A DNA stretch of 64,000 nucleotides. Source: Paraspadella gotoi (taxonomy: Eukaryota > Animalia > Chaetognatha). Within the stretch, counting starts at the first letter, position 1. Every line of letters begins with the position of its first letter. Location: contig CM119264.1 of the NCBI GenBank assembly GCA_051294375.1, positions 13,981,323 to 14,045,322 on the forward strand. Direction: 5' to 3'. The notes under the pieces were generated by a model that saw only the letters and a list, made by a program, of their open reading frames with translations, did no database searches and was not told where the DNA came from. Positions 25,862-54,294 of this stretch are shown in pieces. The position numbers were made by a program, and so were the translations under genes.

Positions 25862-27247
25862 GGCGCGTGAATTCGGCGGGAAAAGTATCGGCGCAAACTT
25901 GCGATGGTCGAATATCTTCGCGACTTTGAAAATGTTCACAGTTACGTCGGAAAATAGTAAGAATAATTTGTCCGATCTAAACATGAAAAAAGAAAACGGC
26001 CGCGAAAAATTAAAGAGTTGACAAAGAGTACGTTCTTCTTTTAATATGTATTTTGTTTTATTCATTTGTAAAGAATGCACAAAAATAGATTTCCTTTTTT
26101 GATAAAAAATATTAATAAGTATTCCCATTGAGAACTATTATAACGAGATCAACATTTGAACTTAGCAACTCGACCATGAGGTCTAAATCATGGAAGAAAA
26201 ATATAGAGGGTTAAAATTATAAATAGCCGTTTATTTGGGTTTATGAACATTTTTAGCGGTCACTCGGATTTAAAAAGAAAAGAGAGAAAGAGAAAAAACA
26301 GCTAGCCAATAGAAGTACGGATGGCCACAGTTTGCCTTCACGCTTGCGGTAGTGTGTTTTTAGGGTTCAACTTTGGTTGACCAAGTTGCATGGAAATCGT
26401 CGTTTCACCTGAGTCATTTCCTTGTCGTCTGAATTTATTTATCCCATAAGTTATATACAATGGTTATATACAACGGTTGTCCCATATTAAATTATAATTA
26501 GAAAATTTTCATCGTTTTTAGAACAAAGTTGGCGATAAAGAAATAAAAAAATCAAAAAAAGCAAAGAAACTAAAAAGCAAAAAAATCGGTGAGAGATTAA
26601 GAGAAATTTTTTATAAGAAAGCTACTAATTTCCCTTATGATTATTTTAGCTGTTTTTAAAAAAAAATGACGTTTGATTCTCTACCCAGCAGCATTCTAAA
26701 GAAGAGAGAACTTTTTCTATTTAAAAAAAACTAATTGAAGATAAATAAGATGTAATTTAATTAAGGAATAAGATCGAAGGGAAAAAAGAGAAAACTGAAT
26801 TGTATTCTGTTATAAAACAAAAAAAAGATCCAGTCTCCGACTGAACCATAGACACAGGTCTTTTCAATTTTTTTTATGCTTGAACTTTTCTTTTAAAACC
26901 CCTTTTTTGAAAAAAAATTAAGCCCCATTTTTGTTTTTAAATTTTCCTACTCTTCTTTCACTTCGCCTATTTTTCTTGGGATACTCAGAACCATTGGATC
27001 TGGAAAAAGATTAAAAGATTAAATTTAGGTAGCGGAAGCCGACCAAATTTAAATTTTAATGGGAAGAGCATTAAACGAATCCATTATTGGTATTAGTTAT
27101 TGTGTTAAAATATTTTTTTGCAAAAATGTTCCGAACCATTAGTAATTCGTTAATTAAAATTATTATATTGCCATATAATGGTAAAAATTTTGGGGGGATA
27201 TTTTAAGTTTTTTTAATTGAAAAGTTAAGCAAAAAATGAACTTTTTT

Positions 27248-27684
27248 TCATCGAAGCCCCCTTGCTGCGGCTCCTGCAGCAGCGGACTCCAACACACGCA
27301 CAAAACTCTTTTGCTACTTCCATCGTCGCTTTATGCGTCATTCCTTTCGTCGTCGCTCACACCGTCGCAACTGCTTCCTCCATCGTTCAAAATATCGTCG
27401 TCGTTTCTGTCGATCCCGATCCTGACGAGTCACCCAGTTAGCCAGAATTTTTTTGTTGCAAAAGTAGCGTAGGAAAAAACGACCCTAATCCCTAACCCTA
27501 ATCCCGATCCTAATCCTTAATATATATCCCCTAATCTAACCTTATGCCTCACCGAAACCATAAACAATTAATTCATCGTTCATTCGTCGTTTCTGTCGAT
27601 CTCGATCTGACTCATCCAGCCAAAGGCAAAGAGAGAGAGAGAGAGAGCGAGCTACTCCGTCATACGGCAAGGGGGCTTCGATGA
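27248..27684. mobile_element. 437-bp non-autonomous element bounded by 18-bp perfect inverted repeats
   Basis: TCATCGAAGCCCCCTTGC (27248-27265) and GCAAGGGGGCTTCGATGA (27667-27684). The interior holds short hairpins, (GA)n and a degenerate CCCTAA tract. No clear TSD; the superfamily is not assigned. Confidence 0.65.
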
Positions 27685-28520
27685 TTAAAAAGGATTTTAT
27701 TTTTTTTAAAAGTGAATATGCAATCGATGTGTTTCACGGTTCCCATTTACAGATTTAGGTTTTCCAACAAAGTCGGATGGATAATTTTTATTTTTCTTTT
27801 GCAAAGAAGTCAGCTGCGATGATTTGGCGACGATTTAAGCAGAATGCCGATCGTTGCGAGTCGACGTCGACGAGAACGACGATGCTTAGTACCGGACGAC
27901 GACGACGACGACGACGACGATTATCATCGCAATTATGATCTCGAGTGATTTTTTTTTTTTTTTTTTTTTCGATTTTTTATGTTGTCAAGGATTCATCTTC
28001 AGAACTTACATCTCGAGTAGTTACAGTATTTTGTGTTTTTTAAAAGATCGATTATTCGTAAGAGAGATAAAGCGATCGAGTCGGCGCGATCTTTTTTCCC
28101 CCTTTTTTCCCCTTTTTTCCTCTTTTTTGCTCCATCATACTGACATCATCTCTCCATCACTTCCTCGTGTTCCTTCATCATCTTTACATCATCCTTCCAT
28201 CTTTTTCTCCATCATTCCTCATCGTCATTCCATAATCGCGCAACCGTTTTCTACTTCGAAATCTCGTGGCTCTTTATACCTCATGGGTTCGAGTGGTGTT
28301 CTCGAGTTTCTCTTTCTTTTTCTGATTTTTTTCTCTTTTCTTTTTCTTCTTTTATTACATCTAAGCTGCGAAAACAGGGGCTGCGGCTCAATGAAAAAAA
28401 ATATCGACAATTTCATTCGTATATTATTCTAATAGAAATAGATATGGGTACTAGTTCCTTTTTGTACTTTTAGATTTCAGACTTTTTATATTCAGTATTA
28501 TGAATGAGGAATGAGGATGT

Positions 28521-28753
28521 TGTGGCCGTATATTCACACCGCCTCACGTCCCTTGGCTCACAGGGGGAACGCACCATCACAGGCGTTGCGTTCCATCCAG
28601 TCCTAACGAATTCCATCTGTATTGGCAAAGCGAGACCGTCCTAGGGTAACTGCGCCAGTGACAGGATGCGTCACTGACGGTCGGAACCCCCCAGAACCAA
28701 TAGTGAGATGTCCCATCCCAATGGGCATTACAGGTAACCCGGCCGTTGCCATA
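28521..28753 (+). mobile_element. 233-bp solo-LTR-like or Ginger-like element, copy 2
   Basis: Reads TGTGGC...GCCATA, flanked by a different 4-bp direct repeat, ATGT (28517-28520 and 28754-28757). Homology to copy 1 stops exactly at these termini. It is 45 bp longer internally. Confidence 0.75.
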
Positions 28754-28992
28754 ATGTTACAGAATTTGTTAGATTTAGGTAGAAAAATATCCAATCTTCC
28801 ATTGTTTGTGGCGCTGATAATGTTAATTAACTTTTCTTCATGTAGTACATGCATGAATAATCAAAGATTCGATAAAAAGACTGAAACCAAAAAATAACTG
28901 ACAAAAAGATTCTTGGCGACTTTCAGTTTACAGCGTTGATGAAGCGGATCTCAAAAAATTACTCATTCTGCCTGGAAATAGAAATTCGAGTG

Positions 28993-29043
<51 letters not shown>

Positions 29044-29223
29044 GTTTTTTACGTTTACTTTTCATTCCTTCAAGCCTAGTGTCTCTCTCTCATTTCCTCT
29101 CCTAACTATTCCTGCCCGGTGAAAAAAATGAAAAGATGCTTTGAAACGAAATGAAATGAAAAAAATGAAACCGTTTCATGTGTGAAGAGAAAGTAAGGAT
29201 GACACCTCAAGCGGAAAAATCAC

Positions 29224-29259
<36 letters not shown>

Positions 29260-29331
29260 TCTCTCTCTCTCTCTCTCTCTCTCTTCCTTCTCTCTCTCTC
29301 TCTCTCTCTCTCGTTCTATCTCTCTCTCTTC

Positions 29332-29373
<42 letters not shown>

Positions 29374-29449
29374 TCTGTTCTCTCTCTCATTCTGATCCTA
29401 CTCTCTCTCTCTCGTCTCTCATTCATTTTTCTCACTACAAGTGAAAGGT

Positions 29450-44750
<15,301 letters not shown>

Positions 44751-45905
44751 CTCTCGCTCGAGTCTTCGTAAACAATGAGGCTCCGTATTTTTATCCGAAC
44801 GCTTTACGCGCGGCCACTGCGACGTCGTCGTCGTCGTTTTTGTTTTTCGTATCTGTCGTGGAGGATGGCCGTGACGATGTCGTTGTCGCGTTCGTCCTCG
44901 TAGTCGTCGTTACTATCGTCGTTGCTATCCTCCTCGTCGTCGTCGTCGCCCTCTCGCCACTTTTCTGTGGACGGAATTCCCGACGATAACAGATTTACGT
45001 CCATCGATTTTAGCGAAAACAAAAGGGAAGTCGGACGCACGAACCGCAAAAAAAAAAAAAAAAAAAAAGAACGATAATTCAAATGTGTTGCGCCGATGTG
45101 TCTGCCTTATCACTTGTATTTCTCATGACATGACGTGACATGACATGACGTGAGATCAATACATGACTACAATATCTTTTTAACTTTCTAAGCCCGTGTA
45201 TTTATGACATGCACTGCATCAAAATTCCGTCTTTTATTCATTATTGTTTTAGAATGTCCTGAAGGCGGCGCTAGCAGTCCTTTAGATTTGAGGTTTTTTT
45301 CTGTCTTAACAAATGAGCAACCAACTAAATGGAAATAATATGCATTTTTAATGAAAGTGAGACAGACCGAGTACTCGCGGCGTAACTAAAAACCTCAACG
45401 GACAGAGGAACAGATAGATGGCCGTTTGTTATCAAAAAGAGAACAATATTTGTCAGCTCAATTGGAGCGGTAAAAAGTGGAAGGGGAGGTGAGGTGAATC
45501 TATTGAGGATCCACGAAAGAAAAATTGGAAAATCGAATTTCATTGGGTTAAACTCTCAAAGCAGATGGAGGTCAACTTATACTTCTCTCTCTCTCTCTCT
45601 CNNNNNNNNNNNNNNNNNNNNNNNNNNNNNNNNNNNNNNNNNNNNNNNNNNNNNNNNNNNNNNNNNNNNNNNNNNNNNNNNNNNNNNNNNNNNNNNNNNN
45701 NNNNNNNNNNNNNNNNNNNNNNNNNNNNNNNNNNNNNNNNNNNNNNNNNNNNNNNNNNNNNNNNNNNNNNNNNNNNNNNNNNNNNNNNNNNNNNNNNNNN
45801 NNNNNNNNNNNNNNNNNNNNNNNNNNNNNNNNNNNNNNNNNNNNNNNNNNNNNNNNNNNNNNNNNNNNNNNNNNNNNNNNNNNNNNNNNNNNNNNNNNNN
45901 NNNNN

Positions 45906-46802
45906 TAAAAAAACATCATTTTGCTTTCAAAGCTAAGAAAGTATAGACTTAAGAATAAGTTTTTAAACAGAATAAAGAATTAAAATTGAATTTTGATGAG
46001 CCAATCCCATGGATTGTCTTCATGAGGTGAACTTGACCTTTCCAATATTTTTTTTAGAAATTTCTTTTGTATTCCGGCTCTTTCCGGCTGTCTCTCTCTG
46101 CTCTCTATCTGCTCACTCCTCTCTCTCTCTCCTCTCTGCTCGTCTTCGCTCTTCTCTGCTCTCTCTCTCCTCTCTCTCTCTCGTACGAGCGCTCTCTCTC
46201 TCTCTCATCTCTTCGCTCTCTGACGGCGTTTTTTCGCTTGCTTTGAAAATGAGCAGCGATAAAAAAGAAAACGCGCCCGTTATTGGCGGGGAGAAAATTG
46301 GAAGAGAGGGGAGGCAATTAGAGAGAGAGAGGGAAAAGGAGAGATCAAGAAAAAGAGAGTCATATTTGAGCGGAAAATGACGGGGAAAGGAGTTGGAGAC
46401 AAAAATGTCGCCCTCGAACGAAGCCGCGATTGAAAAAAAAAAGGATGGCGATGAGAAAAGCTTTGTAGAAGCTAAAGTCGAGCTTGGAATAGTCATAAGG
46501 TGAAAGTACGCTATAAAAGTGAGAGAAGAGAAGAGAGAGAGAGAGAGAGACGAGAAGAGAGAGAAGAGAGAGAGAGAGAGGAGAGTTTCAGTGGAGATTT
46601 TTAGCAAGTATTAGAAAAAAGAAGAACAGGTACGAGGAGGTTGAATCTCTATCGCCGAGAAGCGATACCACAGTGAAAGGTTTTTGAAAAGAAGAGAGTA
46701 AGAGATTGGGCATCGTTGAGAGCGTGAAGGACGTGAAGTGAAGTTAAAACAGAAAAGGGCGCCGATTGATGAGAGAGGAGAGAGAGAGAGAGAAGAGAGA
46801 GA

Positions 46803-46851
<49 letters not shown>

Positions 46852-49800
46852 AGAAGACGTTGTGCTCTGAGAAACAGTACTGGTCGATAGTAAGGCAACC
46901 GAACGTAGCTTCAGGGAAGCAAGTGAACTAAAACGAAAAACAGTGAAAGAGGAAAAGAGGAACCCAAAAATAAATTTTTTTGAGAAGGCATTTCGAAAGA
47001 GAAAATTCACCAAAAACAAGATAGCAAAAGGCCGAAATAAAAATGAGAGATCATAATACAGTATGTTTTACAAACAAGCCTAAACGAACAAAAAGAATAA
47101 AGACTGTAGGGTCTTTTTAAAACAACAAAATATAGACCAGAAAGCTGACATTTATAGACCCCCAATTGTTAGCTGTAAAAGCGACCGAGAAGCAAGGCTC
47201 GCAAATATTTGAAAGAATGTACGGCAGGCAATTTCCGAGAGTGGCAGTTTTATTTGAGGTTTGCAGTTGATCTTTGAGGGCGACGCGGTCGGAAAAAAAA
47301 CTAATGGAATGAAAAGGAAATAACAAAATATCGCTAAATAACCTAAGTGACTCGCTTCAAGGCCGAAAGGCACTTAAGTCTTAATTTCTTAGGAAAATAT
47401 TTTTTCGACGATGTTAAATTTGTGAATTGACACACCGTAAATTAACAGCTATTGTTTTATTTTAGATTCAACGATCATCTTTAACCAACTAGTTCTAAAA
47501 TATTATTGTGAAATGTTTGTGTAAACTTCAACTTCAAGTAATATCCTCCCTTATATTATTAATGTTATTTTTTATCTCACTTTTGCCAACTCCTATTTTT
47601 TTTTTTTTTTTTTGGTCTTCAGTCCGCTCGTTTGTTTTCTTTCATATTATTTAACGATCTTCTTTCGCAGGGAAGAACTCGACGCGCCAAATATATCGGT
47701 TCTGAGCCTCGTTACTGTCGCAACGACGGTCAAACATTGTTTTATGGTGCTCGGAATCCGCTCGACTTTGGAGCTCCAAGCTACTTGGCCATTCTTCTCT
47801 GGCAGCATTCTATTTTTAAGGCGAGCCGTCAGATGTTACTGGGCAAGGGAGATGGGCAGACCATCTTCCGCTCGTACGGCCAACTCCGCGATCGGTTTTC
47901 TTCCCTCGTGGCATATCTAGCCCTTTTCTGCACGATGTCATTCTGCGTTCGGCCTCGGCATGGAGAGATCACCGTCAGTCGCGCACGCGAGTGGCAGCCC
48001 GGTCGACAGAGCCGAATCAGAGAGGGCCGTTGGCTTAAAAAGAATCGACCGAGGTAAGAGTTTGACTCTCAACTCATTACGCTCTACCTTTTGCGGAGAA
48101 ATATGAGCACATTTTGAGAGCTCTGCGAACCTAATGTAAGCAGATAAACACAATACTCGCTGTTGCCTTATACTGATATGACTAGAGATAGATTAGTATA
48201 AGCCATGTTTTAATCTTGCAACAGCTGAACGGAAAACTTTGATAATGAACGGGGAACCGCGCGTTCGGAAAAAAGCGGCACTTGAGGAAAGGATGAAAAG
48301 TGATTGGCCATAGCTAAGCCTAGCTAGCGAAATCAGCTGCAATCTTAATGATAATTCGCAAATTTGGATTACGTTCTGTTTTTTTGCACACTCTACTGGC
48401 AGACGAGCGCGGAAGTCAAATATAACCTTATGTAAGCTGCTTGTACCGTTGGTTAAGAGGAGTTAACGATACACTACGAGTGAGGCATCCTGAGAAACAC
48501 AGAACAGCCGAGTCGGTCGGCGTAGTGACAAGTCTTGTGTACAAGGATTACTTCTTGAACGATGAGCAAAAGTGTGGAGAGTTATGGTCACAGCGGCTCG
48601 GGTTTGACATGTGATAGGACCAATATGATGGATAGAAGGAGCAAGTCCTCAGGGCTGTTAAGACTTTGAGGTAATCGCGACCGCTACAGTGACAAAGCAA
48701 ATACAACAGTTACACAATGAGGCAAAAGCGTGAATACACTAGGACTAGTGGACGGTCTTAAGCAAGCTGTGCACAAACGCAGAAGAAGAAAGTGCGTTAT
48801 GAGAACTGTGGGTACTTGAATATGAATACAGTAGCAAGGATAATTCCTGCGTAATGTGGTGTGTGTTACAGCCTCTGAGGCTAACATGTGATTAAAGCCA
48901 GACGTGAAGGATGGTGGACGGTGATGCGAGCGGAACTGAGTGTAATGGTTAAATACGCCAACATCGGTGAAATCTTATTTTTATCACCACAAAGATTAAG
49001 CATAATCAAACGATCGTGTGGTGGCAGATCACTTACTTTGTTTTCTACCTTGTCTGTCGATGTCAATATAAAATTAAATGAGGCGCTTCAGTACAAAACA
49101 TCAATTTAATTTATAACTCTCATAAAGAGACGATCTAAGATCTTTTAAGCCCTCGCCTATATACGACCACGCGCTCTCTGATAGCGAAGTCCATCGACGT
49201 ATATAGTGTATGAGTTTATGCATATCCATGGCGCGCTGTTATTTGCTCTGCTTTCTTTCCATTATTTTTTCTGCCTCTTCACTCGGGTACGCGTCGTCCC
49301 AGATCCACTCCGAGTCTACTCTTTACACTTTGCCTATTACAGTTAATCATTCTTCTTTTCTGCACTCGTTCTCGGAAAATTCTTGGCGTATCTATCTTCT
49401 CAAAATATATTTGCCGGGGTAACAGTCCCTTTTTGTTCCTCTTCTTCGGTCGTTTCTTCACCTAGCTAACAATGCGTCTCGTGCGGTCTCATAAATTGCT
49501 CCACCTTCTTATCTGGGGCTCTATTACTTTTGCTTGTCCTCTTTATCACAGACCCTTACCATCTCCTCTTATCTTTTTTGTTCTTTAGGCCTTGTCTTTG
49601 TGGCTAATCACTGACTCACTGGTGATTATCTTGGTCTCTCTCATCTCTTTCTATTCTTCGCATCTTTCCTCCGTTCTTCTGGTGTTCCTGCTCTCTCTTG
49701 TGATTTTTTCTCTTCGAAGATGCCTTCTGCAAAATTTTATTCAGGATAGTTTGGTCTTCCTCTTTTCCTCTTTTCATCACTTTTTCGTTCTTTTATCTCT

Positions 49801-52491
49801 TCTTTTTCTCATCGGCTCGTTGCTATCTCTCTTCTTTTTCTTGCTTTCTTGCTTCTCTTTCATTGCCTCTGTCCTTACGTCTCTATTTCGTTCCTGCTGT
49901 CCTCTCTCCCCCTCCTCGTTCACCTCCCTCCTTCCTCTGCTGGTCGCCCCTCCTCTCCTCTCGCTCTACGCCCTCTCTCTCCAGGCTTTCCACTCACGCA
50001 GATCACACACGTTAATTTTCTAGACATCTCCTCGTCCCGCTATCACTTCCCTCCTATGTATCAATCTATATCTGTCTCCTCCCACCCTCCCAATCTCAAG
50101 CGCCATTCGTCGTCCAGCCGTCCACCCGGTGGATACTCTTCCCGGCGCAGCCTCCCCACCCCATCTCATGCGCGTGTCCTATACCCTCACCTCAGCCTCC
50201 TCTCTCTCTATCAGCTCTGTTTCGCCTCTCTCTTTTCTTATCCCTCTCACTCTTAATTCTTCTCCTTTCATTATCACGTTTTATCTCGCATGCTTCATCT
50301 ACGCTGTCTCCTCACTTTGTTCTCGCGTCTCTTCTCTGCGTCTCCCATCCGCGGACTTCTACCTCCATACTTCATCACGTTCGTTCCCATATATGGTCTG
50401 ATTCTGTCACGTTCCTCTTCTCTCCATCCTGTTGATTCGATCTCTCCTTCTCTCTCGTCCGATCCTGTCATCCGATCATTCCTGTTCCGCTTCTTTCTTC
50501 TTCGTACTCTCATCGAACATTATCGCCGCATCAAATACGCTCTCCAGTCCGAACGTGCTCTGTTCTTGCACATTCAGCACTTACTTTCCTCGTTTCGCTC
50601 GCTCACCCCCTCCTCGTTCGTATCTCTCGTCACTCCTCTCTATCATCTTCTCTCTATCTCTTCTCTCTCTCTTCTCGCCTCCTATCCTTATCTCTCCTAC
50701 TTTTAACTGCATCTCGTCAAATTCCTGACGGCATATAGATAGTCATCTCGAGTCGTCTCTCCATTTCTTTCTCTCATAATGACTCTCGTGAGTCTTCCTC
50801 TATGCTCTATCTCTCCTCTTCCTCTCTGCTCTCTCTCTTCTCGTCTCTCATCTCTCTCTCTCTCTCTGCATGCTATGCATTGCGCGTTTCGTCTACCTTC
50901 TCTGACAACGTCGTCTCTCTCATATCGTCACTCGTCTCTGCCGTCTTCTGCTCACTTCTCTCTCTCGTCTCTTCTCTTTATTTCTCCCTCTACATATGCT
51001 ACTATCTCTCATTCTGTCAGTGTCGTATCCTTTCGATACCCAGCGCTCTCCTGTTTTGTCTTGTTCATGTTACTCTCCCTTTTTGGCTCATACACTCCCG
51101 ACGTCTATTCCTTGGGATAGGATTTAAATAAGCAAGAGAGATAACGGGCTTTTCGGCGATTTAGAGATCTCAGAGAACTAATCACCAGAGAGAGAGAAGA
51201 GAGAGAGAGAGAGAAGAGAGTACCTCGGTTACTAGATTTTGTAGGACACGAGAGATGTAGAGAGAGAGAAGAGAGAGACTGAGTAAGGAGTAGAAGTAGA
51301 GATGAGAGCTGGAGCATAAGCCATAAACGTCTGAAATTATTCATTGAAGATACCATATAAATAAGACAGGCGTTATTTATTTGTCTGAATGGACATAAAA
51401 CTAGCATCGTTTCTCTCGTTGATAGCTGCCTCGAAATTTCTATGTCTTTCGCGAAGGGATCATCAGAAGCTGGTTATACTTATGGTAGCAGATTGTCGGC
51501 CTCTGCTTGAAATAGGTGAAATTGAACACTGTCAGATGCAATATCCACGAATGTGCTTCATTCTCTCTTCAACCAACCAATTTTCTCATGACTAAACTAC
51601 CATTCTGTCTCACGAGCTCACAAATATATAATAACGGTAATTACTTTAATACTTTTCATAAACGCAATATATAGGAGTTAGTTAGCTGCCCTCAAAGACT
51701 CACGATCTACTGCTGACATCGTGAGGCTTAGGCAAATAGAAAAATTTGTAATATTAGCAATGTCTATACTCTAGTCAAATTCGTATGCCATCTAATTCAT
51801 ACTGTACAAAGTCGTAATAGTTTGTTATCGAAATCGGCGCAATCAGCACGTTCATTTCACAGTTTTCGTGTACGGAGCGGTCTCCGATTACACTTCGTGT
51901 GCATGGAAACCTTAACTTTCCATTCTTGTGACCTAATATCCCGTCATTCGTGCATATCAAATATCTGATCTCTCTTGTAGTTCCACGTTCGAACGGGTGG
52001 ACTTACTGTCCGAAACGACGATCTCTCAGCTTAGTTTCCTCGCATCGACTCGGACTGGTCTCTCTAATGCTACGCAACGACGATCAAATGACGCGGCAAA
52101 CTGAGGACCTAAGCTCGTCTGGCGACCAACATGATTACGTTTTAGGTTTTAGTCGACGTCCTCTGCCCAGTTCCTTCCCGCCTAATAACCGGCTGACGAG
52201 TATTTACGATATTATAATGTTATGTTCTCTGCTGCACCTTTTTCTCTCTTCTATATGTATCAGGAAATATACTGTTATGAGTCGTATCTAGAGAGAGAAT
52301 TTGATGAGTATGTATATTTACCGTCGACATGAGAAAAATGAGGGCGAGAGAGAGGGAAGGCGGGGTGGTCGATACACAAAGGAATAAACTAATAAAAGTG
52401 AAAGGAAGAAAAGGAGAAAGTGGAAGAGGTTAAAGTGTAGGAGGGGGGAAGGGAGTAACAAAGACAGGAAGAAGGAGAGAGAGGAGGTTAG

Positions 52492-52523
<32 letters not shown>

Positions 52524-54211
52524 GCCGAGAGAGAGAGAGACAGCGCGGAATACAAAGAATTAAAAATTTCAAACAAAAAAAATATTGGAAAGTCCAGTTC
52601 ACTGCAAGAAGACGAATCCATGGGATTGGCTGCATCAAAATTCAAATTTTAATTTCTTTATTCTGCGTTTAAAAACTTATTCTTAAGTCTATACTTTCTT
52701 AGCTTTTGAAAGCCAAAATGATGTTTTTTTTTGTTTTTTTTTTTTTTAAAAGGAGGGATAGCAGCTCATTGTTTGCCTAAACATATCTACGGTACGTAAT
52801 CGGGCCGGGGACGGGGGGACAGGGTCGGGCCGCGCCGGCAGGGAAAGACGGAGGAGAGAGAGGAGGACGAGAGAGAGTTGACGAGAGAGACAGGGGAGGG
52901 ATCTGCTTGCCAGAAAGCAGTGTTTCTAAAAGAGGATCAGGCTCCAAACAGCGCCCGAGAAATTCACTGTCCGTCTCCAATGGAGTCGAGAATTTTGTCG
53001 AGAGAAGTTAACCTGACCTTTTGTCATTCTCCAGGACTCGGGAACTATAACATAAGCGAGGCTGCGTTCGACAAATTGCATAGGCAGGCTAAACAGTGGA
53101 TTTTTCCTTACTTCCAATCTCGTGGAGTATAAATAAATTTAGAATGCGCTTCTTGCCTTGTACAATTTATCAGGACCAAATCGTTTTGATTGCATAATAA
53201 ATTGATATAACAAATAAGAAACTGGGAAGGAAAAAAATTAATTGTATCACTACCTCTCCCTACTTATTTATACCATTTATTCATTCATACTTAATAATAT
53301 GTTCTCTTCACACTTCTTTCTCCGCCTTGTCCTCTTTTTTTTTAAAAACGAAAATCGTTTTTCTATAGGTAATTTTTTAAGATTAAACTTGCACATTCCA
53401 CTCCTCACCATTCTGGAACTACAACGGCGTCATGAGAATTACTGCACAAACGTGACAACTTTTCCACTTCTTTTTTCTTTCCAAAAATAAAACACTCATT
53501 TTTAACTACGGAATTTCAAAAAAATTTAAAAAAGAAAATTCGAACGGTCGGCCGTGTCTTTCTTTTTTTAGGAGAGACAGGAGAAAAAAAGTGAAAAGGG
53601 TCAGCGGGTCAGGAGGTGATCTTCTTTTTCTGTTTTTCGTCTGAACCTCTCTCGTGCGGTTGCGATTGAAAAAGTACTAGGGTCTCGGATCCCTCAATTG
53701 GTTCATCTTCTTCAGGTCCTCCTCCTCCCTCTCCTCATCTCTCTGCTCCCGATCTGTCAGGGTATGCTCTCGTCTGCTCCTCATCTCTTTCTTCTCCTTA
53801 TCGAATTTCTACTCATCTTCTCTCTTCTTCTCCTCTCTCTCTCCTCTTCCCCTCTCCTCTCTCTCCCTCTCGTTCTCCAACTATACCTAATATTTCTACT
53901 ATTTTCAAACCGGTTTAATCACTTTCTTTCGTTCTGATTTGCTTTGTTTCTAGCTCATATGTTGAGCGAATGAATATTTCATTGTGTAATATACGTCGCT
54001 AACTTGGCAGTGGATGTATAGTGAACAGGATCTAATATTGACGAGTGTAGGCATTTGTAGCGGCCAGATGCGTAGATCGAAGTTTCCGATAGCACGACAG
54101 GTAAAAGATATTACAGATTATAGAGGACACTAAGTAATTAAGTACGAAACAGTCACACCGCGACTTATTTGGAGTTGAATTGTCATCCCGAGCTTCGCGA
54201 AGAGAGAGAGA

Positions 54212-54294
<83 letters not shown>

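Larger units (their letters stand above)
20772..27247. repeat. Direct duplication 20772-~22700 vs 25539-27247 (includes exon 1 and upstream sequence)
   Basis: The second copy begins at the first base after the 25-N gap (25514-25538) with TACGAGAAGAGATCGGGAGAG, matching 20772. The copies differ by many small indels and a few larger blocks. Confidence 0.85.

Noticed and set aside
48200-51130. Hydrophobic Ser/Leu-rich ORFs resembling membrane proteins
   Set aside because: These are translations of degraded CT-rich noisy sequence within the redundant region.
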